Shown here: positions 16,888 to 25,163 of the stretch, piece after piece
Position numbering within the stretch: the stretch's first letter is position 1
Layout of the letters: every line of letters starts with the position of its first letter
NCBI GenBank assembly: GCA_963834935.1
Contig: CAWIDS010000003.1
Location: 1-35,998 of the forward strand
Reading direction: 5' to 3'
From: Candidatus Nomurabacteria bacterium
GTDB lineage: Bacteria > Patescibacteriota > Minisyncoccia > Phycocordibacterales > CALRBL01
DNA length: 35,998 bases
Program-made: the position numbers and the translations under genes
Notes under the pieces: model-generated
The model's database searches: none
Told to the model about the DNA's origin: nothing
The model's input: the letters and a program-made list of their open reading frames with translations, nothing else

Positions 16888-17256
16888 TTATTCGAAGAAA
16901 AAGTAAACGAAGGGAGCTATCAAGGCGATAAGCGAATAGGGCGGCGCAAGAAGATATTTTTTTATGAATAGCGGAGCATGATAGAAGCTTTCGCCAGGCA
17001 GGATAGTATAGAAAGCAATCAGTATGAGCGCGGCGGCAAGAAGAATAGTAAGAGCGTTATGAAGAAAGCCTCTGCGCGCGCCAAAGCCGTAACCTTGGGA
17101 GATGACCCTTTTCATGGCGATATAGACGCCGAAGAATATCAGGGCGAAAACGATGAATTTATATTTCTCAAGTTTTGAAAAATATTGGGCGGGAATGGAA
17201 TTCCAGATCAAGACAGAAGGATAGAAAGAAAAAATAATGTTAAGCAAAATGTTCAT
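16888..17256 (-). CDS. Small polytopic membrane protein, unknown function
   Basis: 122 aa with 3-4 hydrophobic segments; TATAAT 6 nt upstream of the ATG. Confidence 0.7.
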   Translation of the reverse strand: MNILLNIIFSFYPSVLIWNSIPAQYFSKLEKYKFIVFALIFFGVYIAMKRVISQGYGFGARRGFLHNALTILLAAALILIAFYTILPGESFYHAPLFIKKYLLAPPYSLIALIAPFVYFFFE

Positions 17257-17268
17257 GAGAACATTATA

Positions 17269-18114
17269 CTATATTCCTTCTTTCTTCAAAGCTTCGATGA
17301 GCTTTCTTGCCTCGCGTGAAATCTTTTTCGGCATCACTACGAGAACACGGACATAAAAGTCGCCGCGCCGTCCGCGCTCATCGGGAACGCCCCTTCCTTT
17401 TACTCGAAGCAATTCCGCATTGCTGATTCCCTCCGGGATTTTCAAAGTAATCTGCCCATCAAGCGTCTCGATCTTGATTTCCGCGCCGAGAAGCGCCATG
17501 CTGACAGGAATTGAAAGATCGGTGACGATGTGCTGGCCTTCTTTCCTAAACCGCCGGTCAGCAATGACACGAAGTGTCACGAGCAAATCGCCTGGCTGAC
17601 CCCCTTGTAGCGATTCACCCTTACCTGCTACCCGGAGCGTCGTTTCATTCTCGACGCCTGTCGGAATACTGAGAGTCATTTTCTGGCCGTTTATGCTTAT
17701 TTCCTTGGTTGTGCCGAAGATCGACTCCTTGAATGTAATCTCGATATCGACGCGGATATTCTTGCCTCTGCGCACGCGGCTTCTGCCGCCGCCGAAGAAT
17801 TGGCCGAGGATGTCATTGAGGTCGAATTCGATATTCTGCCCATTGAAGTCAAAGCCGAAATCCTGAGGGTTGAAGCCTCCACCTGCTCCTGCGCCGCTTG
17901 CACCGGAAAAACCAGATCCGAAGCGGTCATATTGGGCGCGTTTTTCCGCGTCGCCGAGCGTATTGTAGGCTTCGCTTATTTCTTTGAATTTTTTGTCATC
18001 GCCGCCCTTCTTGTCCGGATGATGCTCATGCGCAAGCCTCCGGAAGGCCTTTTTTATCTCATCCTGAGTGGCATTCCGCTCAACCCCGAGTGTTTTATAG
18101 TAGTCTTTATTCAT
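17269..18114 (-). CDS. dnaJ: DnaJ co-chaperone, class B type (J domain, G/F region, C-terminal domain; no zinc finger)
   Basis: KDYYKTLGV, HPDK, G/F linker, no CxxCxGxG repeats. Start moved from the ORF-track 18135 to MNKDYY at 18114. Confidence 0.93.
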   Translation of the reverse strand: MNKDYYKTLGVERNATQDEIKKAFRRLAHEHHPDKKGGDDKKFKEISEAYNTLGDAEKRAQYDRFGSGFSGASGAGAGGGFNPQDFGFDFNGQNIEFDLNDILGQFFGGGRSRVRRGKNIRVDIEITFKESIFGTTKEISINGQKMTLSIPTGVENETTLRVAGKGESLQGGQPGDLLVTLRVIADRRFRKEGQHIVTDLSIPVSMALLGAEIKIETLDGQITLKIPEGISNAELLRVKGRGVPDERGRRGDFYVRVLVVMPKKISREARKLIEALKKEGI

Positions 18115-18178
18115 TGACAGAGTGTTATATATCACTTACACCACTTCAGTGATGCTCGTGTACAGGGTCGTTTTTTTA

Positions 18179-20074
18179 TTATTCTTTCACTTCTGCGTCA
18201 CGGACATTTCCTTCGGTTCCGGCATCTTTATTTTCAGCCGTGGTTCCTTCAGGTGCGGCTTGTCCTTTTGCTTCAGTCGAATTCATGTACTGTCCGATCT
18301 TCTGAAGTTCGGTTGAGAGGGCTTCAGTCGAAGACTTAATAGCATCCATATTATCGCTATCCTTGTCTTTCTTCAAAGCCTCCGCTTTTTCAGTGATTGA
18401 TTTCTTGATATCTTCAGGCAAGGTAGCAGGAGCGTCCTTCAAGGCTTTTTCAGTCGTATAAACGAGTTGCTCAGCCATATTCTTCACTTCGACCATTTCT
18501 TTCTTTTTCTTGTCTTCATCAGCATGAAGGTCTGCGTCTTTCTTCATTTTTTCGATATCATCCTTAGAAAGGCCAGAGCTTGCCTCGATGCGGATCGATT
18601 GCTCCTTGTTTGTCGCTTTGTCTTTCGCTTTCACGTTCAGGATTCCATTAGCATCGACATCGAACATCACTTCCACTTGCGGCACTCCGCGAGGTGCAGG
18701 TGGAATTCCATCAAGGATAAAGCGGCCGAGAGACTTGTTATCGCTTGCCATTGCCCGGTCTCCCTGGACGACGTTGATTTCTACCGAGGTCTGATTGTCA
18801 GCTGCAGTCGAGAAGATCTGTGATTTTGAAGTCGGAATAGTGGTATTTCGTTCGATGAGCTTCGTAGCCACGCCCCCCATAGTCTCAATTCCTAAAGAAA
18901 GCGGAATGACATCGAGAAGAAGGATGTCCTTGACGTCTCCCTGGATAATTCCGGCCTGGATCGCGGCACCGAGAGCCACTACTTCGTCCGGGTTGATCGA
19001 TTTATTAGGTTCCTTTCCGAAGTAATCCTTCACTGCATTGATGATGGCGGGCATTCGGGTCTGTCCTCCGACGAGAATGATTTCGTTTATCTCATTGAGC
19101 TTGAAAGGGGAAGCTTCCATCGCCCTCTTTGTGATTTCGATCGAACGATCGATGAACTCTCGGCACAATTCTTCTAGCTTGGCGCGACTCATCTTGATGA
19201 GAAGGTGACGAGGGCCAGAGCTGTCTGAAGTGATGAATGGAATATTCACTTCGGTTTCCAGGGCTGTTGAAAGCTCGATTTTGGCTTTTTCAGCCGCTTC
19301 GTCGAGTCGCTGCAAAGCGAGAGCGTCGTTTCGGACGTCGATTCCCGATTCCTTCTTGAATTCGTCAGCAAGCCAGTTCAATATTTTTTGATCGATATCT
19401 TTTCCCCCAAGATGCGAATCTCCGTCAGTCGATTTAACTTCAACCACGTCGTCTCCTACTTCGAGCACAGAGATGTCGAATGTTCCTCCACCGAAGTCGT
19501 ATACTACTATTTTCTCGTCTTTCTTCTTGTTGAATCCGTATGCGAGCGCTGCTGCTGTCGGCTCGTTGATGATACGCTTAACGTCGAGGCCGGCGATCTT
19601 TCCGGCGTCTTTTGTAGCCTGTCGCTGCGAGTCATTGAAGTATGCAGGGACAGTGATGATAGCTTCCGTTACCGTCTCGCCAAGCTTCGCTTCAGCATCC
19701 TGCTTGAGCTTGGTGAGGATCATTGCTGAAATTTCCTCAGGGCGGTAATCAGCATCTCCCATTTTCACTTCGACACCACCATTCGATGATTTCTTCACTT
19801 CGAAAGGCACGGTTTTCTTGTCTTTCTGGACTGCTTCTTCATCAAATGTGTGCCCGATGAAGCGCTTTATTCCGAAGATAGTATTCTTTGGATTGGTAAC
19901 TGCCTGACGCTTTGCGATGAGGCCGACGATGCGCTCGCCTGTCTTCGATTGTGCAACAATCGATGGCGTAGTGCGGACTCCTTCTGCATTCTCCAATATC
20001 TTCGGCTCGCCCGCTTCCATCACGGCAACAGCCGAGTTCGTTGTTCCTAAGTCAATTCCTATTATTTTAGCCAT
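18179..20074 (-). CDS. dnaK: Chaperone DnaK (Hsp70)
   Basis: [32 protein letters not shown]. Confidence 0.99.
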   Translation of the reverse strand: MAKIIGIDLGTTNSAVAVMEAGEPKILENAEGVRTTPSIVAQSKTGERIVGLIAKRQAVTNPKNTIFGIKRFIGHTFDEEAVQKDKKTVPFEVKKSSNGGVEVKMGDADYRPEEISAMILTKLKQDAEAKLGETVTEAIITVPAYFNDSQRQATKDAGKIAGLDVKRIINEPTAAALAYGFNKKKDEKIVVYDFGGGTFDISVLEVGDDVVEVKSTDGDSHLGGKDIDQKILNWLADEFKKESGIDVRNDALALQRLDEAAEKAKIELSTALETEVNIPFITSDSSGPRHLLIKMSRAKLEELCREFIDRSIEITKRAMEASPFKLNEINEIILVGGQTRMPAIINAVKDYFGKEPNKSINPDEVVALGAAIQAGIIQGDVKDILLLDVIPLSLGIETMGGVATKLIERNTTIPTSKSQIFSTAADNQTSVEINVVQGDRAMASDNKSLGRFILDGIPPAPRGVPQVEVMFDVDANGILNVKAKDKATNKEQSIRIEASSGLSKDDIEKMKKDADLHADEDKKKKEMVEVKNMAEQLVYTTEKALKDAPATLPEDIKKSITEKAEALKKDKDSDNMDAIKSSTEALSTELQKIGQYMNSTEAKGQAAPEGTTAENKDAGTEGNVRDAEVKE

Positions 20075-20112
20075 TAGTTTAAAGTTTAAATTAATAATTC
20101 AAGAAAGTTTTT

Positions 20113-20418
20113 TTAGAAAGCAGGGGCACGGGTGGGTTGGCTCACGAAAAAAGTAGAAAGATCGAAATAAGGCGAGGTAGGTTTGGTAGGCCCGATAAAA
20201 TGGCTGGCGGGTATTTCTTTTTTCAGCGGCGTTTCAAGAAGGAAGATTACCGATGAATCGTGAACTAGAGCTGCGTCGGATGGCGCAGGAATCATCTCAA
20301 TGAGACGAGCCTTGTAGGTGCCGCCGATTTCAATCACAGCAAAACGTGCCAAAAAAAGCCCTTTTGGGGTGTTTACAAGTCGCTCTATGACATGAATTTT
20401 AGGGGCAGTTAATTGCAT
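20113..20418 (-). CDS. Small hypothetical protein between grpE and dnaK, C-terminus SQPTRAPAF
   Basis: 101 aa ORF that fills the grpE-dnaK gap on the operon strand (33 nt after the grpE stop, 38 nt before the dnaK ATG). Confidence 0.6.
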   Translation of the reverse strand: MQLTAPKIHVIERLVNTPKGLFLARFAVIEIGGTYKARLIEMIPAPSDAALVHDSSVIFLLETPLKKEIPASHFIGPTKPTSPYFDLSTFFVSQPTRAPAF

Positions 20419-20420
20419 AG

Positions 20421-20438
20421 TTGTATTTGTTAATACAA
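20421..20438. repeat. Perfect inverted repeat TTGTATT-N4-AATACAA
   Basis: 7-bp arms at 20421-20427 and 20432-20438, 2 nt upstream of the small ORF's ATG. Confidence 0.7.
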
Positions 20439-20451
20439 TAAACTTAAAGTT

Positions 20452-21012
20452 TTATTTCGTCAATTCGCCGACCTTCACTTGCGGCTCGCGGATTACCTTT
20501 CCATTAAGCGAGTATCCAGAAGCGACCACCTCAAGGACTTTATGGTCTTCTTCAGGCTTATCAGTCGGAATGACAGCTACCGAGTGATGATGTTTCGGAT
20601 CGAATGGCTGGCCCTTTGGATCTATTTTTGCAAGGCCATGATTTTGTAGCGTGCTGGTGATCTGCGAGTAGATATATTCGATGCCCGTGCGCCAATTCTT
20701 GTCGGCTTTCTCCCAAGCTTCCTTGTTAGCCATTGCCATCTCAAAGCTGTCGAGCGCAGGTATGAGCTCTGACATGAGATTAGCTTCGGCGAATTTCATG
20801 AATTCCGTGCGCTCTTCATCTGCACGCTTTTTGGCATTGATGAAATCTGCCTTGTCACGCTGCCAGCCGTCGAGATATTTCTGTTTCTCTTCTACGGCAA
20901 CCTTGAGCTTCTCGCGAAGCTTCTTGATGGCATCGCCACCATCGATGTCACCTACTTCGTTGTTCTCATCCTCGATGACAATATCGTCCTGGTTCGTATC
21001 TTCAGTATTCAT
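20452..21012 (-). CDS. grpE: Nucleotide exchange factor GrpE
   Basis: RDKADFINAKKR, LIPALDSFE, FDPKHHHSV, GYSLNGKVIREPQVKV. Start moved to MNTEDT at 21012 because the ORF-track start crosses a terminator and a promoter. Confidence 0.96.
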   Translation of the reverse strand: MNTEDTNQDDIVIEDENNEVGDIDGGDAIKKLREKLKVAVEEKQKYLDGWQRDKADFINAKKRADEERTEFMKFAEANLMSELIPALDSFEMAMANKEAWEKADKNWRTGIEYIYSQITSTLQNHGLAKIDPKGQPFDPKHHHSVAVIPTDKPEEDHKVLEVVASGYSLNGKVIREPQVKVGELTK

Positions 21013-21021
21013 AGGACTTAT

Positions 21022-21050
21022 ACTATAACTGGTTCTCGCTCGAATGACAA
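21022..21050 (-). promoter_or_regulatory. Sigma70-type promoter for the grpE-ORF-dnaK-dnaJ operon
   Basis: TTGTCA (21050-21045), 17-nt spacer, TATAGT (21027-21022). Confidence 0.65.
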
Positions 21051-21078
21051 CAAAAAATCCCCTTTCGGGGATCTTTTT
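21051..21078 (-). terminator. Intrinsic terminator after rpsI
   Basis: ATCCCC-GAAA-GGGGAT stem-loop with T/A runs on both sides. Confidence 0.85.
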
Positions 21079-21080
21079 GT

Positions 21081-21500
21081 CTATCGCTTGCTCCACTGAG
21101 GCGCTTTTCGCGCTTTCTTGAGGCCGAACTTTCGTCGTTCTTTGGCTCGCGGATCACGCTTGAGGTATCCGGCTTTCTTAAGATTACCACGAAGTTCTGT
21201 GTCGAAGATAATGAGGGCTCGGGAGAGAGCATGACGTACGGCAACCGCCTGCGATGCGGTGCCTCCTCCATTCACCTTGATAGTGACCTTGAACGGGACA
21301 GAAGTGCCCGCTACCACAAAAGCGTCGGTAATGGTCTTCTGAAGGTCAGATGTCTTGAAATGATGGGAGAGTTCCTTGTCGTTAACGAGGTATGAAGCTT
21401 TCGAGGCTTCAGTAATTCGGGCTCGAGCAACAGAGGTTTTCCTTCGTCCTACTGCTTCGATATATCGTTTTTCTGTTTTTTTGGTTGTTTCTTCGGGCAT
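21081..21500 (-). CDS. rpsI: 30S ribosomal protein S9
   Basis: GRRKTSVAR, GGGTASQA, RDPRAKERRKFGLKKARKAPQWSKR. Confidence 0.98.
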   Translation of the reverse strand: MPEETTKKTEKRYIEAVGRRKTSVARARITEASKASYLVNDKELSHHFKTSDLQKTITDAFVVAGTSVPFKVTIKVNGGGTASQAVAVRHALSRALIIFDTELRGNLKKAGYLKRDPRAKERRKFGLKKARKAPQWSKR

Positions 21501-21511
21501 ATATTGAAATA

Positions 21512-21856
21512 TTATTCTTTGACAGTTAAGTTCTTAAGCATCTTTGCACGGAGCTTGTTGGTAGGAAGCATTCCCCGTACTGCGATGCGAAGGATCTCGC
21601 TGTTTCCTTTCTTCTCGACGATCTTGGCAAGGGAAATCTCCTTCTGTCCGCCTGGATATCCGGAATATCGCTTGTAAATCTTGTTTCGCTTCTTGGTGTC
21701 GTCGACATCAAGCTTTGCTGCATTGATGATTTCGACTTTGACGTCAGTAAGGACATGTCGGGCAAAATCGACAGTATCTTTTCCCATGAGAGAAGTAGCG
21801 GCCATGCTTGCTACGCGGCCTAGTTTCTTATTCGTTGCGTCGATTGTCTTTATCAT
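21512..21856 (-). CDS. rplM: 50S ribosomal protein L13 (short, 114 aa)
   Basis: IDATNKKLGRVAS, IINA, YKRYSGYPGG, AVRGMLP. Start moved to MIKTID at 21856 to avoid overlap with rplQ. Confidence 0.95.
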   Translation of the reverse strand: MIKTIDATNKKLGRVASMAATSLMGKDTVDFARHVLTDVKVEIINAAKLDVDDTKKRNKIYKRYSGYPGGQKEISLAKIVEKKGNSEILRIAVRGMLPTNKLRAKMLKNLTVKE

Positions 21857-21860
21857 AAAA

Positions 21861-22211
21861 TTATACGAATTCAATTCGAGCCATTTCAGCAGCATCGCTC
21901 TTTCGGCGAGGCATGCGAGTAATGCGCGTATATCCTCCTTTTCGTTCCTTGTACTTGGGGGCGATAGTATCGAAAAGCTTCCTTGAAGCATTGCTTTCAC
22001 CGATGCGGGAATAGACCAGACGGCGCGTCGAGAGAGAATCCGTCTTGCCTTTGGTGACCAGCTTCTCTACATGGCTCTGCATTTCCTTGGCCTTTGCAAG
22101 AGTAGTGACCATGTGCTCATGAACCAAAAGCGAGTACATCAAGGACTTTATCAGCGCTTTTCGCTGATTCCTGTTTCGTCCCAATATTCGTGTATTTTTA
22201 TGATGTCTCAT
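21861..22211 (-). CDS. rplQ: 50S ribosomal protein L17
   Basis: MRHHK...LGR...QRKAL, TTLAKAKE, RKGGYTRI, DAAEMARIEFV. Confidence 0.98.
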   Translation of the reverse strand: MRHHKNTRILGRNRNQRKALIKSLMYSLLVHEHMVTTLAKAKEMQSHVEKLVTKGKTDSLSTRRLVYSRIGESNASRKLFDTIAPKYKERKGGYTRITRMPRRKSDAAEMARIEFV

Positions 22212-22224
22212 GGCGTGAATGTCT

Positions 22225-22252
22225 ATTCTAGCTTTCTTTGACTCTTTGTCAA
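22225..22252 (-). promoter_or_regulatory. Internal sigma70 promoter upstream of rplQ
   Basis: Perfect TTGACA (22252-22247), 16-nt spacer, TAGAAT (22230-22225) in the rpoA-rplQ gap. Confidence 0.6.
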
Positions 22253-22255
22253 CGA

Positions 22256-23224
22256 CTATTTAAGGGTGATGTTATTGTCAGCGAGAATCTTCTTGATCTC
22301 CTCGACCCCTTTGGAGCCAAGGCCTTCGATGCTCAAGATATCCTTTTCCTTCTTCCGGGCAAGGCCGCCGACGGTGCGGATATTGGCATTGATAAGGGCA
22401 TTGATAGTTCGCGATGAAAGCTCGAGTGATTCGATGCGAGTCTTGAGAAAATCATCATATTCCTCCTTATCCTCGGCAACCTCTTCCTTGGCTTTCGATC
22501 CGCGCTCTTCCTCGATAAGAAAACTCTCGTCTTCCTTGAAACCGATGATGGCCTTAAGCTGAGTGATCATGATCTCTATCGATTTTTCAAGGGCAGCTTT
22601 GGGAGCGATCGTTCCGTCAGTCTCAATGACGAGCTTGAGGCGGTTGAAATCGGTTCTGTCTCCGATACGCATATTCTCTACTTCGTAGCTTACTCGCTCA
22701 ATAGGGCTGAATCGCGCATCAAGAGCGATAGTTCCAATATCCATCTTTTCTTTCTGGAGGACTTCCTTTGGAACATAGCCGAGTCCTTTCTGGATAGTAA
22801 GCTCGATATCGAGTTCGACGTTCTTATCGGTGACATGTGCAAGGTGAAGGTCAGGATTGAGGATCTTGATCTGTCCTGAGCTCTCGATATCTCCCGCTGT
22901 GACATCCTTGATTCCTTTAGTCTTGAGTGAAATGACCTGGACCTCGTCTGAAAACATTTCGATGCGCACCTTCTTGAGGTTTAGGACAATGCTGATGACA
23001 TCTTCCTTTACGCCAGCAATAGTGGAGAATTCATGATTCACGCCCTTGAACTTGATGGAAGTGATGGCTGCACCAGGAAGAGACGAAAGAATGATGCGTC
23101 GCAAAGAGTTTCCTAGAGTGTGTCCGTATCCAGGATAAAGGCCGTCAATCTCAAAAATGCCGCGGTTTCCCTTTTCTTCGATAATCTTAGGCTTTGAAGG
23201 CAATAAAACGTGATAGTCAGACAT
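22256..23224 (-). CDS. rpoA: RNA polymerase alpha subunit
   Basis: PGYGHTLGNSLRRIILSSLPG, HEFSTIAGVKED, FSPIERVSY, alpha-CTD LELSSRTINAL. Confidence 0.99.
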   Translation of the reverse strand: MSDYHVLLPSKPKIIEEKGNRGIFEIDGLYPGYGHTLGNSLRRIILSSLPGAAITSIKFKGVNHEFSTIAGVKEDVISIVLNLKKVRIEMFSDEVQVISLKTKGIKDVTAGDIESSGQIKILNPDLHLAHVTDKNVELDIELTIQKGLGYVPKEVLQKEKMDIGTIALDARFSPIERVSYEVENMRIGDRTDFNRLKLVIETDGTIAPKAALEKSIEIMITQLKAIIGFKEDESFLIEEERGSKAKEEVAEDKEEYDDFLKTRIESLELSSRTINALINANIRTVGGLARKKEKDILSIEGLGSKGVEEIKKILADNNITLK

Positions 23225-23266
23225 ATATTTATATTTAAATTAAATAAATTAATAACGTAATAAAAA

Positions 23267-23881
23267 CTATCTCTTGTAATGCTGTATCACTGCGGCAAGG
23301 TCAAACAGAAGGATTTCGCCATCCATCTTCGGCATTCCCTGTATCTTCCATTCTTTCTTCTCATGGTTGTATGAGATCCAGTTCGGAAATTCTTTCGTCT
23401 TCATGTTCTCTTCAAGATCCTTGAACATCGGCTTCTTCTTGCTTCCTTCGCGAATGGAGATGACATCTCCCACAGAGACAGAAAATGAAGGGACATCTAC
23501 CCTTCTTCCATTTACCAAGATGTGGCCATGAGATACGACCTGACGTCCGAATGAACGGGTGGTGCCGAGACCGATGCGGGTGACGACGTTGTCGAGGCGT
23601 CGCTCAAGCGACTCGAAGAGCTTCTCATGAGGTTTGCTAACTTTGCTTTCAATGATCTTCTTGACGTAATTCTTGAACTGCTTTTCAGAAACGCCATAAG
23701 TGAAGCGGGCTTTCTGCTTCTCGTTGAGCTGAAGGGCGAAGTTAGTAGTGCTTCGTCCGCGTCCCTTCTTCTTGGTATTCATTTTTCGCTCCTCAGAAAG
23801 CTTGTACTTGTTGGTCTGGGTCTTCTCGAAGATGGGAGCACCCAACCGTCGCGCTATTTTGTATTTTGGTCCTGTTATCAT
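23267..23881 (-). CDS. rpsD: 30S ribosomal protein S4
   Basis: GPKYKIARRLG, LNEKQKARFTYG, LERRLDNVV, HGHILVNG. Confidence 0.98.
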   Translation of the reverse strand: MITGPKYKIARRLGAPIFEKTQTNKYKLSEERKMNTKKKGRGRSTTNFALQLNEKQKARFTYGVSEKQFKNYVKKIIESKVSKPHEKLFESLERRLDNVVTRIGLGTTRSFGRQVVSHGHILVNGRRVDVPSFSVSVGDVISIREGSKKKPMFKDLEENMKTKEFPNWISYNHEKKEWKIQGMPKMDGEILLFDLAAVIQHYKR

Positions 23882-23897
23882 ATATATTATTTAAAAA

Positions 23898-24323
23898 TTA
23901 TACTCGTCGGGGCTTCTTCGGTCGGGGACCATTATGAGGAACCGGGGTGATATCCTTGATGGTATTCACTACGATTCCCTTGGCTACGAAGCCTCGGATG
24001 GCTGATTCCCGGCCTGAACCAACGCCTTTTACCACGACATTGACCTCCTTCATGCCGAGAAGCTGAGCTTTCGCTCCGAGAGTCTCGCCAATCTTCGCCG
24101 CAGCGAATGGTGTGCCCTTTTTGGCTCCCTTGAAGCCAATCGAACCACTCGAAGACCAGGCAAGAGCATTGCCTTTGTCATCAGTAAGGACGACTTTGGT
24201 GTTGTTGTAGGTCGATTTGACGTACAAAGTGCCCATGTCCACTCTCTTTTTTGATGACGAAGGAGAAGCAGCTTTTACTGCTTCCTCATCTCCCCCTTTC
24301 TTTACGATTCTTTTTTTGCCCAT
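23898..24323 (-). CDS. rpsK: 30S ribosomal protein S11
   Basis: STYNNT, GAKKGTPFAA, GSGRESAIR, DITPVPHNGPRP. Confidence 0.98.
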   Translation of the reverse strand: MGKKRIVKKGGDEEAVKAASPSSSKKRVDMGTLYVKSTYNNTKVVLTDDKGNALAWSSSGSIGFKGAKKGTPFAAAKIGETLGAKAQLLGMKEVNVVVKGVGSGRESAIRGFVAKGIVVNTIKDITPVPHNGPRPKKPRRV

Positions 24324-24343
24324 GGTGATTTTATTTATTAAGA

Positions 24344-24721
24344 TTATTTTTTAGACTCCTTCTTTCGTCCAGTACCCATGGTTTTCTTTACACCCTTGAG
24401 TGTTCGGGCATTCGTCTTGGTCCGTTGGCCTCGAGCTGGCAAGCGCTTGGCATGGCGAGTACCGCGGTATGACTTGATGTCTTTCAACCGCTTGATGTTT
24501 CCAGAAACTTCTCGCTTGAGGTCTGCCTCGATCTTGAAGCCTTCGACGATGGTCCTTATTGAATTCTCCTCATCTTGAGTGAGATCTTGGGACTTCTTTC
24601 CGTAATCGACGCCAGCCTTGTCCAAGATGGCGTGAGCGCGAGGGCGTCCGACGCCGAAAAGCGCCGTGAGGCCAATTTCGAGTCGCTTATTATCGGGGAT
24701 TGTTATACCTAGGATTCGCAT
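24344..24721 (-). CDS. rpsM: 30S ribosomal protein S13
   Basis: MRILGITIPDNKR, NIKRLKDIKSYRGTRH, RGQRTKTNART. Confidence 0.98.
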   Translation of the reverse strand: MRILGITIPDNKRLEIGLTALFGVGRPRAHAILDKAGVDYGKKSQDLTQDEENSIRTIVEGFKIEADLKREVSGNIKRLKDIKSYRGTRHAKRLPARGQRTKTNARTLKGVKKTMGTGRKKESKK

Positions 24722-24733
24722 GATATTTAAAAA

Positions 24734-24850
24734 TTAGCCTTGTCGCTGCTTATGTCGGGGATTGCCCTTGCACGTCACATACACATAGCCCTTTCGTCGG
24801 ACTACCTTGCATTTCGGACAGATTTTTTTGACAGATGCTTTGACTTTCAT
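24734..24850 (-). CDS. rpmJ: 50S ribosomal protein L36 (zinc-ribbon C+ form)
   Basis: Translated by hand (below the ORF-track size cutoff): [38 protein letters not shown]. Confidence 0.97.
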   Translation of the reverse strand: MKVKASVKKICPKCKVVRRKGYVYVTCKGNPRHKQRQG

Positions 24851-24872
24851 AAAATTTATTCAGGTAAATATG

Positions 24873-24901
24873 AGCCTATCACACTATAGATATGATGTAA
24901 A
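24873..24901 (-). promoter_or_regulatory. Putative promoter upstream of rpmJ-rpsM
   Basis: TTTACA (24901-24896), 17-nt spacer, TAGGCT (24878-24873) preceded by TG-n. Confidence 0.45.
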
Positions 24902-24920
24902 GCGTATATTGAGGTAATCT

Positions 24921-25133
24921 TTAAAGTCTCTTTATAATGCGACTTTTGCCCTCATATGGGTTCATTTCTATCTCCACTTTATCCCCTATCAGCACCCTGA
25001 TCCTGTTCAGTTTCATCCTGCCGCTCATATAAGTATGAATGATAGTATCGGTATTTTCTAAACGCACCTTGAATTCGGTATTAGGGAGGGCTTCAGTGAC
25101 TATTCCGTATGCTTTTGTGTCTTTCGTTTCCAT
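24921..25133 (-). CDS. infA: Translation initiation factor IF-1
   Basis: [33 protein letters not shown]. Start moved to METKDT at 25133. Confidence 0.96.
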   Translation of the reverse strand: METKDTKAYGIVTEALPNTEFKVRLENTDTIIHTYMSGRMKLNRIRVLIGDKVEIEMNPYEGKSRIIKRL

Positions 25134-25163
25134 TATTAGCTGTGGGCTTTCATTATACACTCT

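Noticed and set aside
18131-18153. ATCACT-N11-AGTGAT inverted repeat between dnaK and dnaJ as a CIRCE variant
   Set aside because: It matches neither the CIRCE arm sequence nor the 9-nt spacer.
20452-22000. ORF-track long starts for grpE (21096) and rplM (22000), likewise dnaJ, infA and the nuclease
   Set aside because: The extensions cross terminators, promoters or neighbouring genes and lack family similarity; downstream ATGs fit better.
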